Part shown: one piece after another, positions 37,799 to 46,628 of the stretch
How positions within the stretch are numbered: the stretch's first letter is position 1
Layout of the letters: each line of letters begins with the position of its first letter
From: an uncultured Actinomycetes bacterium
Lineage (GTDB): Bacteria > Actinomycetota > CADDZG01 > JAHWKV01
Reading direction: 5' to 3'
Assembly (NCBI GenBank): GCA_964501265.1
Contig: CAZCSK010000003.1
Span: forward strand, 67,480 to 131,479
Length of the DNA stretch: 64,000 nucleotides
Notes under the pieces: generated by a model
Seen by the model: only the letters and a program-made list of their open reading frames with translations
Database searches by the model: none
Told to the model about the DNA's origin: nothing
Program-made: the position numbers and the translations under genes

Positions 37799-39067
37799 TT
37801 GAACGAATACTCGAGGGCTCGGGCGGTGATGCCAGGCGGAGTTTCATCTCCCGTCCGCGCCTTCGGCGCGGTCGGCGGCGACCCCATTTTCATTAGATCG
37901 GGAAGTGGAAGTCGTGTAACCGACATCAAGGGCCGCGAGTACATAGACATGCTCGCGTCTTGGGGGCCGCTGATTCTGGGACACGCCGACACAAAGGTGG
38001 TCGAAGCAATAAACCAAGCTGCGGCGCGGGGAACATCTTTCGGAGCGCCGACGACTACAGAGACCGACCTCGCCGAGGCAATCGTGGCCGCACTGCCGTC
38101 GGTCGAGATGGTGCGGTTTGTATCTTCGGGAACCGAGGCGGCGATGAGCGCGATTCGCCTCGCACGAGCGGCCACCGGCAAGCCGAAGATACTCAAGTTC
38201 GCAGGCTGCTACCACGGACACGCGGACGCTCTTCTGGTGTCCGCTGGCTCGGGGCCGGCAACCCTCGGCCTCCCCGATTCGCCTGGCGTAACCGAGGGCA
38301 CTCGAGCCGATACCGTCGTGGCTCACTTCAACTCAACCGAATCGGTGACGCAAGCCTTCGATCAATTCGGCCCGGACCTAGCGGCGATCATCGTCGAACC
38401 AGTCGCGGCCAACATGGGCGTGGTGCCACCGGCATCGGAGTTTCTTGCACAACTGCGCCGCCTCTGCGACATCAACGAATCCCTGTTGATCTTCGACGAA
38501 GTCGTGACCGGCTTTCGCGTCTCGTACGCGGGCGCCCAAGGAATGTATGGGATCGATCCTGATCTCACCATCCTCGGCAAGATCATCGGCGGAGGTTTGC
38601 CGGTGGGCGCGTACGGGGGCCGGCGCGATCTCATGGAGATGATCGCCCCTTCGGGTCCCGTCTATCAAGCGGGAACGCTGTCGGGCAATCCGGTCAGCAT
38701 GGCCGCCGGCCTCGCCACCATCAACCAACTTAGTCGGAACGATCCCTATGAGCGGCTAGAGAAGATGGGAACAGTGCTACAAGAGGGGCTCGAAGCGGCT
38801 GCCCACGATTCAGCAACGCCAGTGACCGTGCAGCGAGTAGGCTCGATGCTGACGGTATTCTTCACCGATGCGGCCCCAGTTGATTTTCAAGGTGCGAAAC
38901 GCTCCGATACTGCGGCCTTCGCCAAGTTCTTTCATTCGATGCTTAAACAGGGCGTCTACTGGCCGCCCTCGCAATTTGAGGCGGCGTTCCTGAGTACCGC
39001 CCACACGGAAGCCGACATCGAGCAAGTCATTTCCGCCGCTGCAATTTCATTTGAAAGGATAAGTTGA
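37799..39067 (+). CDS. hemL: Glutamate-1-semialdehyde 2,1-aminomutase
   Basis: N-terminus MPGGVSSPVRAF and class-III aminotransferase motifs. Confidence 0.85.
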   Translation: MNEYSRARAVMPGGVSSPVRAFGAVGGDPIFIRSGSGSRVTDIKGREYIDMLASWGPLILGHADTKVVEAINQAAARGTSFGAPTTTETDLAEAIVAALPSVEMVRFVSSGTEAAMSAIRLARAATGKPKILKFAGCYHGHADALLVSAGSGPATLGLPDSPGVTEGTRADTVVAHFNSTESVTQAFDQFGPDLAAIIVEPVAANMGVVPPASEFLAQLRRLCDINESLLIFDEVVTGFRVSYAGAQGMYGIDPDLTILGKIIGGGLPVGAYGGRRDLMEMIAPSGPVYQAGTLSGNPVSMAAGLATINQLSRNDPYERLEKMGTVLQEGLEAAAHDSATPVTVQRVGSMLTVFFTDAAPVDFQGAKRSDTAAFAKFFHSMLKQGVYWPPSQFEAAFLSTAHTEADIEQVISAAAISFERIS

Positions 39068-39753
39068 TGGCTGAAGATCGTAAAGTGATGCGTTACGCGT
39101 TCTATTCTGTGGATTCCTCCTGGCGAAATCTTCCCGATGAGGAGCGCACGCTTCACAAAAAGGAGTTCATCGAAGTCGTATCCCACGCACCTTGTGAAGT
39201 GCACCCCTATTCCACGGTGGGCCTGCGCGCCGATTCGGATCTCGCCCTTTGGGAAATCGCGGACGGGGCGGAGCAAATTCAAAACTTTCAGGCCGACCTC
39301 AACGCCACCGCCCTAGGGCGAGCGCTGAAGCCTAGCCACTCATTCCTGGCGATGACCAAGAAGTCCACATACTTGAAAGATCATAAGCACGAAGGCCAGG
39401 AGTTCAACATGCCGGCCGGACCGAAGGGCAGCTCCTACCTGTTCGTCTATCCGATGGACAAACTGCGCCCGTGGTATCGCCTGCCCTTCGAGGAGCGCCG
39501 CAAGATCATGGGAGCGCACTTCAAGACCGGTCATCACTACCCAGGGATAGCAATCCACACGGGTTACTCATTTGGCATAGACGACCAAGAGTTCGTGGTC
39601 GCATTCGAAGGTGAATCTCTCGGCGAATTCTTGGATCTGGTGCAGGAGTTGCGGGAGTCGGAGTCGTCGAGTTACACGGCCCGCGATGTCCCCATCTTTA
39701 CCTGCATTAAGATGCCCCTGGAACAAATCCTCAACCAACTGGATGGAGCGTGA
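39064..39753 (+). CDS. chdC: Coproheme decarboxylase (HemQ/ChdC, chlorite dismutase family)
   Basis: 229 aa, N-terminal YAFYSV...WR, chlorite-dismutase-like. Terminal gene of the heme operon. Confidence 0.7.
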   Translation: MMAEDRKVMRYAFYSVDSSWRNLPDEERTLHKKEFIEVVSHAPCEVHPYSTVGLRADSDLALWEIADGAEQIQNFQADLNATALGRALKPSHSFLAMTKKSTYLKDHKHEGQEFNMPAGPKGSSYLFVYPMDKLRPWYRLPFEERRKIMGAHFKTGHHYPGIAIHTGYSFGIDDQEFVVAFEGESLGEFLDLVQELRESESSSYTARDVPIFTCIKMPLEQILNQLDGA

Positions 39754-39773
39754 ATCGAGCCGGATTGGGGGTT

Positions 39774-40169
39774 CTATCTCGGAGCCACAACCCGTAGGCC
39801 CAAGCCGAGCGCAGCTTCAGCCATCCTCTTGTCGTAAGTGACGACCTCCTCTAACTCCGATCCCAAAGCGAGAGCCGATGCCAGGTGTATGGCGTCGAGG
39901 GTTCTGAGGGTCAGGGGTTCGAGGAAGGCTGCGCGCTCGAGCAACTCCTCATCAATCGTCAACAGATCTAATCGTCTGAGCACATCGCGGGCCCTTAGAA
40001 GAGGCTCGGGCCCAATACCGTAAGCGGCCCTTAGAACCTCCGCACGAGCCAACGCGCTCGACACTCTTCGTCCGAGCAACTGCCAATACCGACGCAGGGC
40101 AGTCGATTCCGGCTCTTTGGCGACAAGTTTCAGCAGAGCGGAGGAATCTAGGTAGACGATCGATGCCAT
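39774..40169 (-). CDS. vapC: Type II toxin VapC (PIN domain ribonuclease)
   Basis: MASIVYLDSSALLKL with conserved acidic PIN residues. 131 aa, directly downstream of the antitoxin gene. Confidence 0.7.
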   Translation of the reverse strand: MASIVYLDSSALLKLVAKEPESTALRRYWQLLGRRVSSALARAEVLRAAYGIGPEPLLRARDVLRRLDLLTIDEELLERAAFLEPLTLRTLDAIHLASALALGSELEEVVTYDKRMAEAALGLGLRVVAPR

Positions 40170-40445
40170 CTAGCGCTCGGACTTCCGCATTTCCTCAAGG
40201 ATCTCCGAGAGTAGCCGGGAGCCTTTCGGGAGACGAATCGGCGGAGGGAGTTCGGCCAGATCCTTCTCCGCCTCTCGAAGCTTGCCCGATGCCCTGAGCC
40301 GTTCCCACGCAGTGTCCTCACGGATGGGGACCAGATGGGCTACCGGGCGGCCGCGATCCGTCACCTCAAAGCTCTCCCCGCGCATGACCCGTGAGAGAAA
40401 CTTGCTGGCATTTTGCCGCAGTTCGCGCACCCCGATACGGTCCAT
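40170..40445 (-). CDS. vapB: Type II antitoxin (Phd/YefM-VapB family)
   Basis: MDRIGVRELRQNASKFLSRV...FEVTDRGRPVAHLVP, typical Phd/YefM N-terminus. Stop abuts the vapC start. Confidence 0.65.
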   Translation of the reverse strand: MDRIGVRELRQNASKFLSRVMRGESFEVTDRGRPVAHLVPIREDTAWERLRASGKLREAEKDLAELPPPIRLPKGSRLLSEILEEMRKSER

Positions 40446-40446
40446 G

Positions 40447-40461
40447 TGCTACATAGTAGCA
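40447..40461. promoter_or_regulatory. 6-3-6 palindrome TGCTAC-ATA-GTAGCA adjacent to the vapB start codon; candidate TA autoregulatory operator
   Basis: Perfect inverted repeat 2 nt upstream of the vapB ATG (40443-40445). TA operons are typically autoregulated at such sites. Confidence 0.3.
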
Positions 40462-40607
40462 TATCAATCTCCTTTAGAAGGAAGCGCATATCTTCAATTG
40501 TAGGGATGGGGTGTGACATCGCCTTCGCGCGAGGGATAGTTCTTGGGATCGGTGTATTAGGATGCCGCTGGAGCCAATCCTCAACCAACTGGATGGAGTG
40601 TGATCGC

Positions 40608-40907
40608 ATGCTGCGAATGGCTATCTACTATCGGCCCTCAGAAGACTCGGAAGCCTTTGAGAAACGTTACCTAGAAGGACACCTGCCGCTCGTGCAGGCT
40701 TACGACAACATCAAGGATACGAAGTTCTTCAAGGTGTCACGATCGATCATGGGCGAGTTCCCGTACTCCCACGCGTTCGTCGGATCGTGGGCCGACAAGG
40801 ACGGCTGGAAGTCCGATATGAACTCAGACAAGGCCAAAGCCGCTACTGAAGACGCCCAGAGCTTCGCCCCGGCCTTCGACGTGGTGGTCTTCGAAGAACT
40901 AGGCTAA
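40608..40907 (+). CDS. Small dimeric alpha+beta-barrel (EthD/Dabb-like) protein, tentative
   Basis: About 100 aa starting MLRMAIYYRPSEDSEAFEKRY, composition typical of the EthD-like stress family; weak call. ORF-track upstream extension to 40413 rejected. Confidence 0.35.
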   Translation: MLRMAIYYRPSEDSEAFEKRYLEGHLPLVQAYDNIKDTKFFKVSRSIMGEFPYSHAFVGSWADKDGWKSDMNSDKAKAATEDAQSFAPAFDVVVFEELG

Positions 40908-41009
40908 CTAGTTCCTTCGGGCGCCAAAAAACGCCCTTGGGCCTTCACCTCCAGTTGTTTCGGGCCGACTTATCTTTGGAGGCACGTTCCCGCCCATGGA
41001 GGTTCCCCG

Positions 41010-41780
41010 TTGAAAAGACTCGCCACTCTGAGCGCGATTTTGATCTTCGCCGCTGGATATATAGGACTGACGGCCACGCCCGCCCACGCCAAGTGCACGG
41101 ACGTGAAGTTCAGCAAGTCCAACTATCACGTGAACGAAGTAGACGGGGAAGTGGCGATCACGATCAAACGTGATATCAGTCTGCTCGGATGCCCTGGGAC
41201 GTTGAACTACAGCACCCAAGACGACAGCGCCACCGCGCCTTTCGATTACACGCAAACGAGCGACGAGTACATTTTTACCGAACCTACGCAGTCGACATAC
41301 ACGTTCACTATTCCGATCGTGAATGATGTCCTCCTTGAAGGCCCGGAGAGATTCAAGGTGAGCTTCGAGGCCTTCAACGACGCAACGACCGAACGCGGGA
41401 CTGCGACCGTCACGATCGCCGATAATCGCTTCGCTACTCCACCGCCTCCTCCTCCGCCTTCGACCACGACTTCGACTTCCGGTTCCTCTTCATCAGTCGT
41501 CTTGTCCAACAAACCGGCCCGGTCGGGGTCAACCCCCGCTGCAGCACCTTCCCCTCCGATTCAGCAGGAGCCGGTTGAGGCCGAGCCCGCGATCCAGATC
41601 GAATCCGAATCAGCTCCCATTGTGGCCCGCTCTCTCGCTTTGGCACAAGGAAAGGACCGAAACATGAGCGGAAAAAAGCTTTGGGCTTTTCTGCTGGTCG
41701 TACTGCTCGCCGCGACAGCGTTTTTACTCGTCGCGTGGCGTGTTCGTAGGAGCCCAAGAGAACACTTCAGTACTCTCTAG
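41010..41780 (+). CDS. Surface protein: signal peptide + Calx-beta domain + Pro/Ser/Thr linker + C-terminal TM anchor
   Basis: TTG start with GGAGG RBS. Calx-beta-like pattern (Y.V.E..G.V.I.R...DGTA-like DDSATAPFDY...F.V). C-terminal LWAFLLVVLLAATAFLLVAWRVRR. Confidence 0.5.
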   Translation: MKRLATLSAILIFAAGYIGLTATPAHAKCTDVKFSKSNYHVNEVDGEVAITIKRDISLLGCPGTLNYSTQDDSATAPFDYTQTSDEYIFTEPTQSTYTFTIPIVNDVLLEGPERFKVSFEAFNDATTERGTATVTIADNRFATPPPPPPPSTTTSTSGSSSSVVLSNKPARSGSTPAAAPSPPIQQEPVEAEPAIQIESESAPIVARSLALAQGKDRNMSGKKLWAFLLVVLLAATAFLLVAWRVRRSPREHFSTL

Positions 41781-41836
41781 ATCCGAGGATTGCCCGCGTC
41801 GAGTACTCTTGAGGTACCGCCCCGGGGAGGAACGAG

Positions 41837-42553
41837 ATGAGGAAGTTTGTCGCTCTTGTCGCCATGTTGATCCTGACAGCCACCTTCTTAGTTGTTTCAG
41901 CCGATCCTGCCGCAGCCGCTTGCCATGAAGCAGCTTTTAGCCCCACAACTCAGCAGGTCAACGAGAGCGCCGGGACTGTGAAGTTGAAGGTCATTCTCGT
42001 GGGCGGTGCTTCAACCTGCTCGGGTACGGTCAATTACCAAACAGAGAACGGAACAGCTGAAGGAGGGCAAGATAAGGATTTTGCCCCTGCCCAGGGATCT
42101 CTCACTTTCGTGGCGAACGACGATCGGCAGGAGGAGATCACCGTCCAGATCTTGGAGGACACGAACTTCGAGAACAACGAGACTTTCAAAGTCAAGCTCA
42201 CCGGATGCAACGGCGCGATCACAGTTTGTTCCAGCCAGGCAACCGTCACTATCGCCGACAACGACTCGGCACCGTCTCCCCCTCCGCCCGCTACGACTTC
42301 TCCGAGTCCGAAGAAGTCTCCGTCCCCATCTCCCTCACCTTCGCCTTCGCCGTCGCCGTCCCCAAGCCCTACTGAATCAGAGGACCCTGAGGAATCGCCT
42401 TCGGCTTCACCCGAGGCCTCGGCTTCGCCGAGTCCCCTCATCCAAACCCAGGGCAAGTCCGGCGGCGGCAAGAAGGTGGCGATCATCGCCCTAATCGCCG
42501 CGCTGGTTGCGGGCGGCGCTGGATTTGGTCTCTGGAAGTTACGCCAAACTTAA
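41837..42553 (+). CDS. Paralogous Calx-beta surface protein with (SP)n linker and C-terminal TM anchor
   Basis: GGGAGGAACGAG RBS. Calx-beta-like core (VNESAGTVKLKV...NGTAEGGQDKDF). SPSPSP low-complexity linker. C-terminal GGGKKVAIIALIAALVAGGAGFGLWKLRQT. Confidence 0.5.
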   Translation: MRKFVALVAMLILTATFLVVSADPAAAACHEAAFSPTTQQVNESAGTVKLKVILVGGASTCSGTVNYQTENGTAEGGQDKDFAPAQGSLTFVANDDRQEEITVQILEDTNFENNETFKVKLTGCNGAITVCSSQATVTIADNDSAPSPPPPATTSPSPKKSPSPSPSPSPSPSPSPSPTESEDPEESPSASPEASASPSPLIQTQGKSGGGKKVAIIALIAALVAGGAGFGLWKLRQT

Positions 42554-42563
42554 ACGGGGCACG

Positions 42564-44393
42564 CTAAGAAACTGGGGCCAGAACTCGGTCTAGGAAATCG
42601 GCGACTTTCGGGTACGCGTCCAGGCGGTTGCGGAGTTTCGCTAGCCCGTGGCCCTCGTCCTCGTAGATGAGCAGTTCGCAGTCGATGCCTCTCTCGCTCA
42701 AAACACGGTGTATCTGCTCCGCTTCCGTCACAGGCACTCGCGGATCATTTCGTCCGTGGATTATGAAGAGCGGCGCGCGCATGTTGTGCACATGGTTGAT
42801 CGGTGAGACCTCTTCGAGAAAGTCCCGGTCCATCTCCAACGACCCGTATTCCCGCTCGCGGAACTTTCGGCGCCACGCCGACGTGTTCTCGAGAAACGTA
42901 ACAAGGCTCGATACGCCGACGATGTCCACTCCTGCGGCCCACAGTTCCGGCTGAAAGGCCAGCCCAGCAAGAACCATGTAACCCCCATACGAACCGCCGT
43001 AGAGCGCGGCCCTCGAAGTGTCGATGTCTGTTTCGCCGAGGTAGGTGTGCAGAGCCGCAAGGTCTTTCACTGAATCGAGCCGCTTTCGGACATCGTCTAA
43101 ATGGTGGAACCTCTTGCCGTATCCCGTCGACCCGCGGACGTTGGGGCCCGCGACGGCAAATCCTCTGTGCAGGAAGTACTGCGCCAGCGGATTGAACATC
43201 CCCGACGTCTGACTCTCCGGCCCTCCGTGCACCATGACGACAACCGGAGGGCGGCTTCCTTCAAACACCCGCGGCCGAGAGAGAAAGGTTGGAATCGTCT
43301 CGCCATCGAAGGACTGGAATCGATGGACTTGCGTATCGACGAAGTCTTCGACGGGAATGGGGCTCGGACTGGTCGTTAGCCTTGTCTTTTGCTTCAAAGA
43401 AAAATCGTAGAGCCAAACGTCTCCCGGTTCGGTCGGGCCACTAAATGAGTAGGCAAGATAGCGTCCGTCCCGGGAGAATCCGCCTGCGGCGACACCTTGC
43501 CCAGGAAGCGCGATCTCCCCGATGAGCTCCAGGGTGATTGGGTCGTACAAAGCAAGCCGCGAGAACCCGTCCTCGTTTGTTGAAACGATCAATCGTGTGC
43601 CCGTCCAATCGAGGTCGCAACTTGCGTCGAAATCCTGTTCAAGAACATACGTCGCGTCGCGCTCCGCCATGCTGTATCGAGCAACGCAGTGATGCTCGCG
43701 GTCTTGATCGCAGGTGAAAAAGAAGGTCGATGAGTCAGGCATCCAATGCGGGGCGGTGAACGAAGCCTCGTCGTCGTGAGGAGTGACATGCACGGTGTCG
43801 CCCGCCACTAGATCGACGAGGTAGATGTCGTTGTCGGCGTTGCGGTCGGTCATGCGATAGATCGAGAGAAAACGGCCGTCGGGTGAAAATCCTACCGGTT
43901 GGCACCATCCGCCCATGTCGAACACGCAACGCTCTTCACCGGTTTTGAGGGCCCTGACGAACACGTCAAAGTCAACACCGTTGCGCCGGTTGCATGCGAA
44001 TGCGATCGAGGCGCCGTCTCTCGTGACGCCTCCAAGCCGGTGGATCCACTCGGGGTCGTAGATAACCGGACGGAAATTGCCGCCGTCGTCGTCCATCAAA
44101 TAGATCTGAAGCCGTTCGTTTCCGCCCTCGTCTTTTTGAACGAGAATTTCGTTAGAGGTCGGAAGGTATGCGCCACTAACCGGCTCGGAGAAATCGGTGA
44201 TCTGAGTAAGACCTCCGCCCGCCCGGGGCACCCTGTAAAGCTGCATGGTCCCAGTGAGATTGGATGAGACCAGGACCTTCGAGGAATCCGGGCTAAATCC
44301 CGACGCCCAGGCAGTCTTGATGTTCAGAAAGTCCTCGATGGTGTTTGGCCCAGGCATACCCGGAGTATAGATGCCATCCACCGCGATCAGCAA
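42564..44393 (-). CDS. S9 family serine peptidase (prolyl oligopeptidase/DPP-like) with N-terminal beta-propeller
   Basis: GGSYGGYM nucleophile elbow; downstream Asp (RNDPRVP) and His (DEGHG) complete the triad. Start codon uncertain (TTG at 44393 vs ATG at 44357). Confidence 0.75.
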   Translation of the reverse strand: MLIAVDGIYTPGMPGPNTIEDFLNIKTAWASGFSPDSSKVLVSSNLTGTMQLYRVPRAGGGLTQITDFSEPVSGAYLPTSNEILVQKDEGGNERLQIYLMDDDGGNFRPVIYDPEWIHRLGGVTRDGASIAFACNRRNGVDFDVFVRALKTGEERCVFDMGGWCQPVGFSPDGRFLSIYRMTDRNADNDIYLVDLVAGDTVHVTPHDDEASFTAPHWMPDSSTFFFTCDQDREHHCVARYSMAERDATYVLEQDFDASCDLDWTGTRLIVSTNEDGFSRLALYDPITLELIGEIALPGQGVAAGGFSRDGRYLAYSFSGPTEPGDVWLYDFSLKQKTRLTTSPSPIPVEDFVDTQVHRFQSFDGETIPTFLSRPRVFEGSRPPVVVMVHGGPESQTSGMFNPLAQYFLHRGFAVAGPNVRGSTGYGKRFHHLDDVRKRLDSVKDLAALHTYLGETDIDTSRAALYGGSYGGYMVLAGLAFQPELWAAGVDIVGVSSLVTFLENTSAWRRKFREREYGSLEMDRDFLEEVSPINHVHNMRAPLFIIHGRNDPRVPVTEAEQIHRVLSERGIDCELLIYEDEGHGLAKLRNRLDAYPKVADFLDRVLAPVS

Positions 44394-44410
44394 TCTAGTA
44401 ATTTAGAAAA

Positions 44411-44445
44411 ACATCTTGCTATTTTGGTAAGCAGAGCTATAATCT
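44411..44445 (+). promoter_or_regulatory. Sigma-70-like promoter TTGCTA-N16-TATAAT upstream of the DUF4097 gene
   Basis: Near-consensus -35/-10 hexamers in an AT-rich island, followed by AAGGAG RBS and ATG at 44472. Confidence 0.35.
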
Positions 44446-44471
44446 CCCACAACCTAGGTAAGGAGATCCCT

Positions 44472-45314
44472 ATGAGTCCACAAGGCATCGACGAAAAGCG
44501 ACAGCTCCTCGAAATGGTAGCCGAGGGCAAAGTGACCCCCGAGGAGGCCGCCAAGCTGCTAAATGTCCTCTCCGGCCAAGCCGCTCCCGACCGTCCAACG
44601 GACGTCTCCGATGGCCCGGTCACTGCGGTCAAAGTGATCGGTACTTTCCGCACAGTCAAAGTAACCGGGGACTCGAGCGTGCAAGGCGCAATTGCCGAAG
44701 GACCGCACAAGGTACGCCTCTTAGACGGCACTCTCGTTTTCGAGGACGACATCACCGAGGATGAGGACGGTTACACGTTGTTCGGCCCAGGACGCGTGAC
44801 GCGGCGCAAGGGGTTTGACATGCGGATCAACAATCGCAAATTCCAATGGGGTCAGGGTTTCGATCCCGCGCACCCCCCAGTCCTTCGCATCAGAATGAAT
44901 CCTTCACTGCCGCTATCGCTGGAACTCATGGCAGGAACCGCGAATGTGAGCGATGTCAAGGGCGAGATCAAAGCGAGAATCGCCGCCGGCACGGGCAAGT
45001 TCCAAGGAGTCACGGGCCCCATACAAATCAGTGTCGAGGCTGGGACAGTCCATGTCGACGGCAAGCTGACGCAGGGCGAGTCCGAGATTTCTTGCACCGC
45101 CGGCAAAGTCCGCGTTCAGCTCGACCCCAGCTCGGACGTGCACGTAGTTGCCAAATCAACGCTCGGGCGCATCTCCTTGCCGCATGAGTACTCAAGCAAT
45201 CCCGAATGGTCGGGTCTTGGGGGGGCCGAACGCGAGGCAACCATCGGAAAGGGCACCGCTCGCCTTAACGTCAGCGCAGTCACAGGGTCGGTTCAGGTCG
45301 AGGTGGGACCGTGA
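44472..45314 (+). CDS. DUF4097-family (YvlB/LiaG-like) putative cell-envelope stress protein
   Basis: N-terminal EKRQLLEMVAEGKVTPEEAAKLLNVL motif typical of YvlB-like proteins, then beta-rich repeats. AAGGAG RBS. Confidence 0.5.
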   Translation: MSPQGIDEKRQLLEMVAEGKVTPEEAAKLLNVLSGQAAPDRPTDVSDGPVTAVKVIGTFRTVKVTGDSSVQGAIAEGPHKVRLLDGTLVFEDDITEDEDGYTLFGPGRVTRRKGFDMRINNRKFQWGQGFDPAHPPVLRIRMNPSLPLSLELMAGTANVSDVKGEIKARIAAGTGKFQGVTGPIQISVEAGTVHVDGKLTQGESEISCTAGKVRVQLDPSSDVHVVAKSTLGRISLPHEYSSNPEWSGLGGAEREATIGKGTARLNVSAVTGSVQVEVGP

Positions 45315-45694
45315 CTCCACTCAAGCAAGCCCCGCGGCAGTGTCCTGTGTGCTCGGAGGAGTTGACTCTCACGCGCCTCGCGTGCGACGAGTGCGGCACG
45401 GAACTGTCCGGTCACTTCCCCACCTGCGAATACTGCAGCCTTTCTCCGGGGGATCGCGGGACCTTGAAGGTATTTCTAGCGTCACGGGGAAACATGAAGG
45501 AAGTCGAACGTCACCTTGAGGTCAGTTATCCCACGGCTCGCATCCGCTTCGATGCGATCTTGTCGAAGCTTGGGCTTCCCGCGGGCGGTGATGCGGAGTC
45601 AGACGAGAATGAAGGCGACGGCAAACTGGATGTGCTCGGGGAACTCGCTTCGGGGACCATTAACGTGGACGAGGCCCTTAAGCGTTTAGGTTAG
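45311..45694 (+). CDS. DUF2089-family zinc-ribbon/HTH protein (YvlA-like)
   Basis: CPVC...C..C zinc ribbon, then HTH-like MKEVERHLEVSYPTARIRFDAIL. 4-nt overlap with the upstream gene. Confidence 0.55.
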   Translation: MTPLKQAPRQCPVCSEELTLTRLACDECGTELSGHFPTCEYCSLSPGDRGTLKVFLASRGNMKEVERHLEVSYPTARIRFDAILSKLGLPAGGDAESDENEGDGKLDVLGELASGTINVDEALKRLG

Positions 45695-45741
45695 TTAGTT
45701 CGGCGCGGTAGGCTGGAGTCCCAACCCACAGGAGATCACAG

Positions 45742-46584
45742 TTGCATCGACGTCTGCTCGCGCTCGCGTGTTTAAGCGCTCTCACACTTTCGGGATGCAG
45801 CCGACTCGGATTGGTTCGCCGCTCCGACGCTCCCCCTAGCCCGCGTCCCACCGCGGCCCAGATTGGCGATCCGTCGGCAACCGCAATCGAAGTCCCTTCC
45901 CCAACTCCTCCTCAGGCGTCGCGAGCGCCGGGGGCCCCGCCCGGCGACTACACCAAGATCAACGATTTCGGCGATGTCGGATCCGCCTCCAGGCAGTTGC
46001 TCCGCCCTTCCCCGTTTACCGAGATCATTGTTGAGATCGATTTTCTGGCGGGGTTGGAGCCGAGTCAGAAGGCGGTCACCAACGTCATCGCAAGCCTGAA
46101 AAGAGTCACGGGCAAAAGGATCGTCCTTGAAGGAGCGAACCAGATGACTCCGACAAGGTCGGGCTGTTACTCTTCGGGCGATGTCGCCGCGAGCGCCGCA
46201 AGCCGGTCGATCTCGAGCGAAGGCAAGAGAGCCGCGATCTACGTCTTCTATCTGAACGTCTATTTCTGCGACAACGACAAAGCCCTCGGCGCTGCGACCA
46301 ACGCGACCGTGGCGGCGGTATTTCCGGAGACTTACCGTGGGAAGGGCGGTACCGATGCGGCTGTGGAAGAAACCGTACTCCTGCATCAAATCGGCCACTT
46401 GCTCGGCCTCGTTAACTTTTCCTACGTGGGCATTCGCCCCCACCACGACGGAAACGGGCATTCTAAAAACCCGAACTCGGTAATGCACCCCTCGGCGGAA
46501 ACGGACTTCTCAAGAGGCGCCCCGCTCACGTTTGATTCTGACGATTTGGCCGACATGGCCGACCTCGCTGCCGGACGCCTCTAA
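45742..46584 (+). CDS. Probable lipoprotein with metzincin-like domain; variant motif HQxxHxxGL...HSKNPxSVMH (catalytic Glu replaced by Gln)
   Basis: TTG start with AGGAGA RBS. Signal peptide + Cys (LTLSGCS). HQIGHLLGLVN...HSKNPNSVMH. C-terminal FDSDDLADMADLAAGRL. Confidence 0.5.
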   Translation: MHRRLLALACLSALTLSGCSRLGLVRRSDAPPSPRPTAAQIGDPSATAIEVPSPTPPQASRAPGAPPGDYTKINDFGDVGSASRQLLRPSPFTEIIVEIDFLAGLEPSQKAVTNVIASLKRVTGKRIVLEGANQMTPTRSGCYSSGDVAASAASRSISSEGKRAAIYVFYLNVYFCDNDKALGAATNATVAAVFPETYRGKGGTDAAVEETVLLHQIGHLLGLVNFSYVGIRPHHDGNGHSKNPNSVMHPSAETDFSRGAPLTFDSDDLADMADLAAGRL

Positions 46585-46628
46585 ATGGGAAGGCACGGTA
46601 GACTTTGAATCTAGTGGGGAGGCAAACC

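Noticed and set aside
40925-40942. GGGCG-ccaaaaaa-CGCCC hairpin after the EthD-like gene as an intrinsic terminator
   Set aside because: Short 5-bp stem, large loop and no downstream U-tract on the relevant strand; too weak to call.
42320-42375. (SP)n-encoding tcnccn repeats in the Calx-beta 2 gene as a DNA tandem repeat feature
   Set aside because: Low-complexity codon-level repetition encoding a linker; periodicity is imperfect at the DNA level, so it is treated as protein low-complexity rather than a VNTR.
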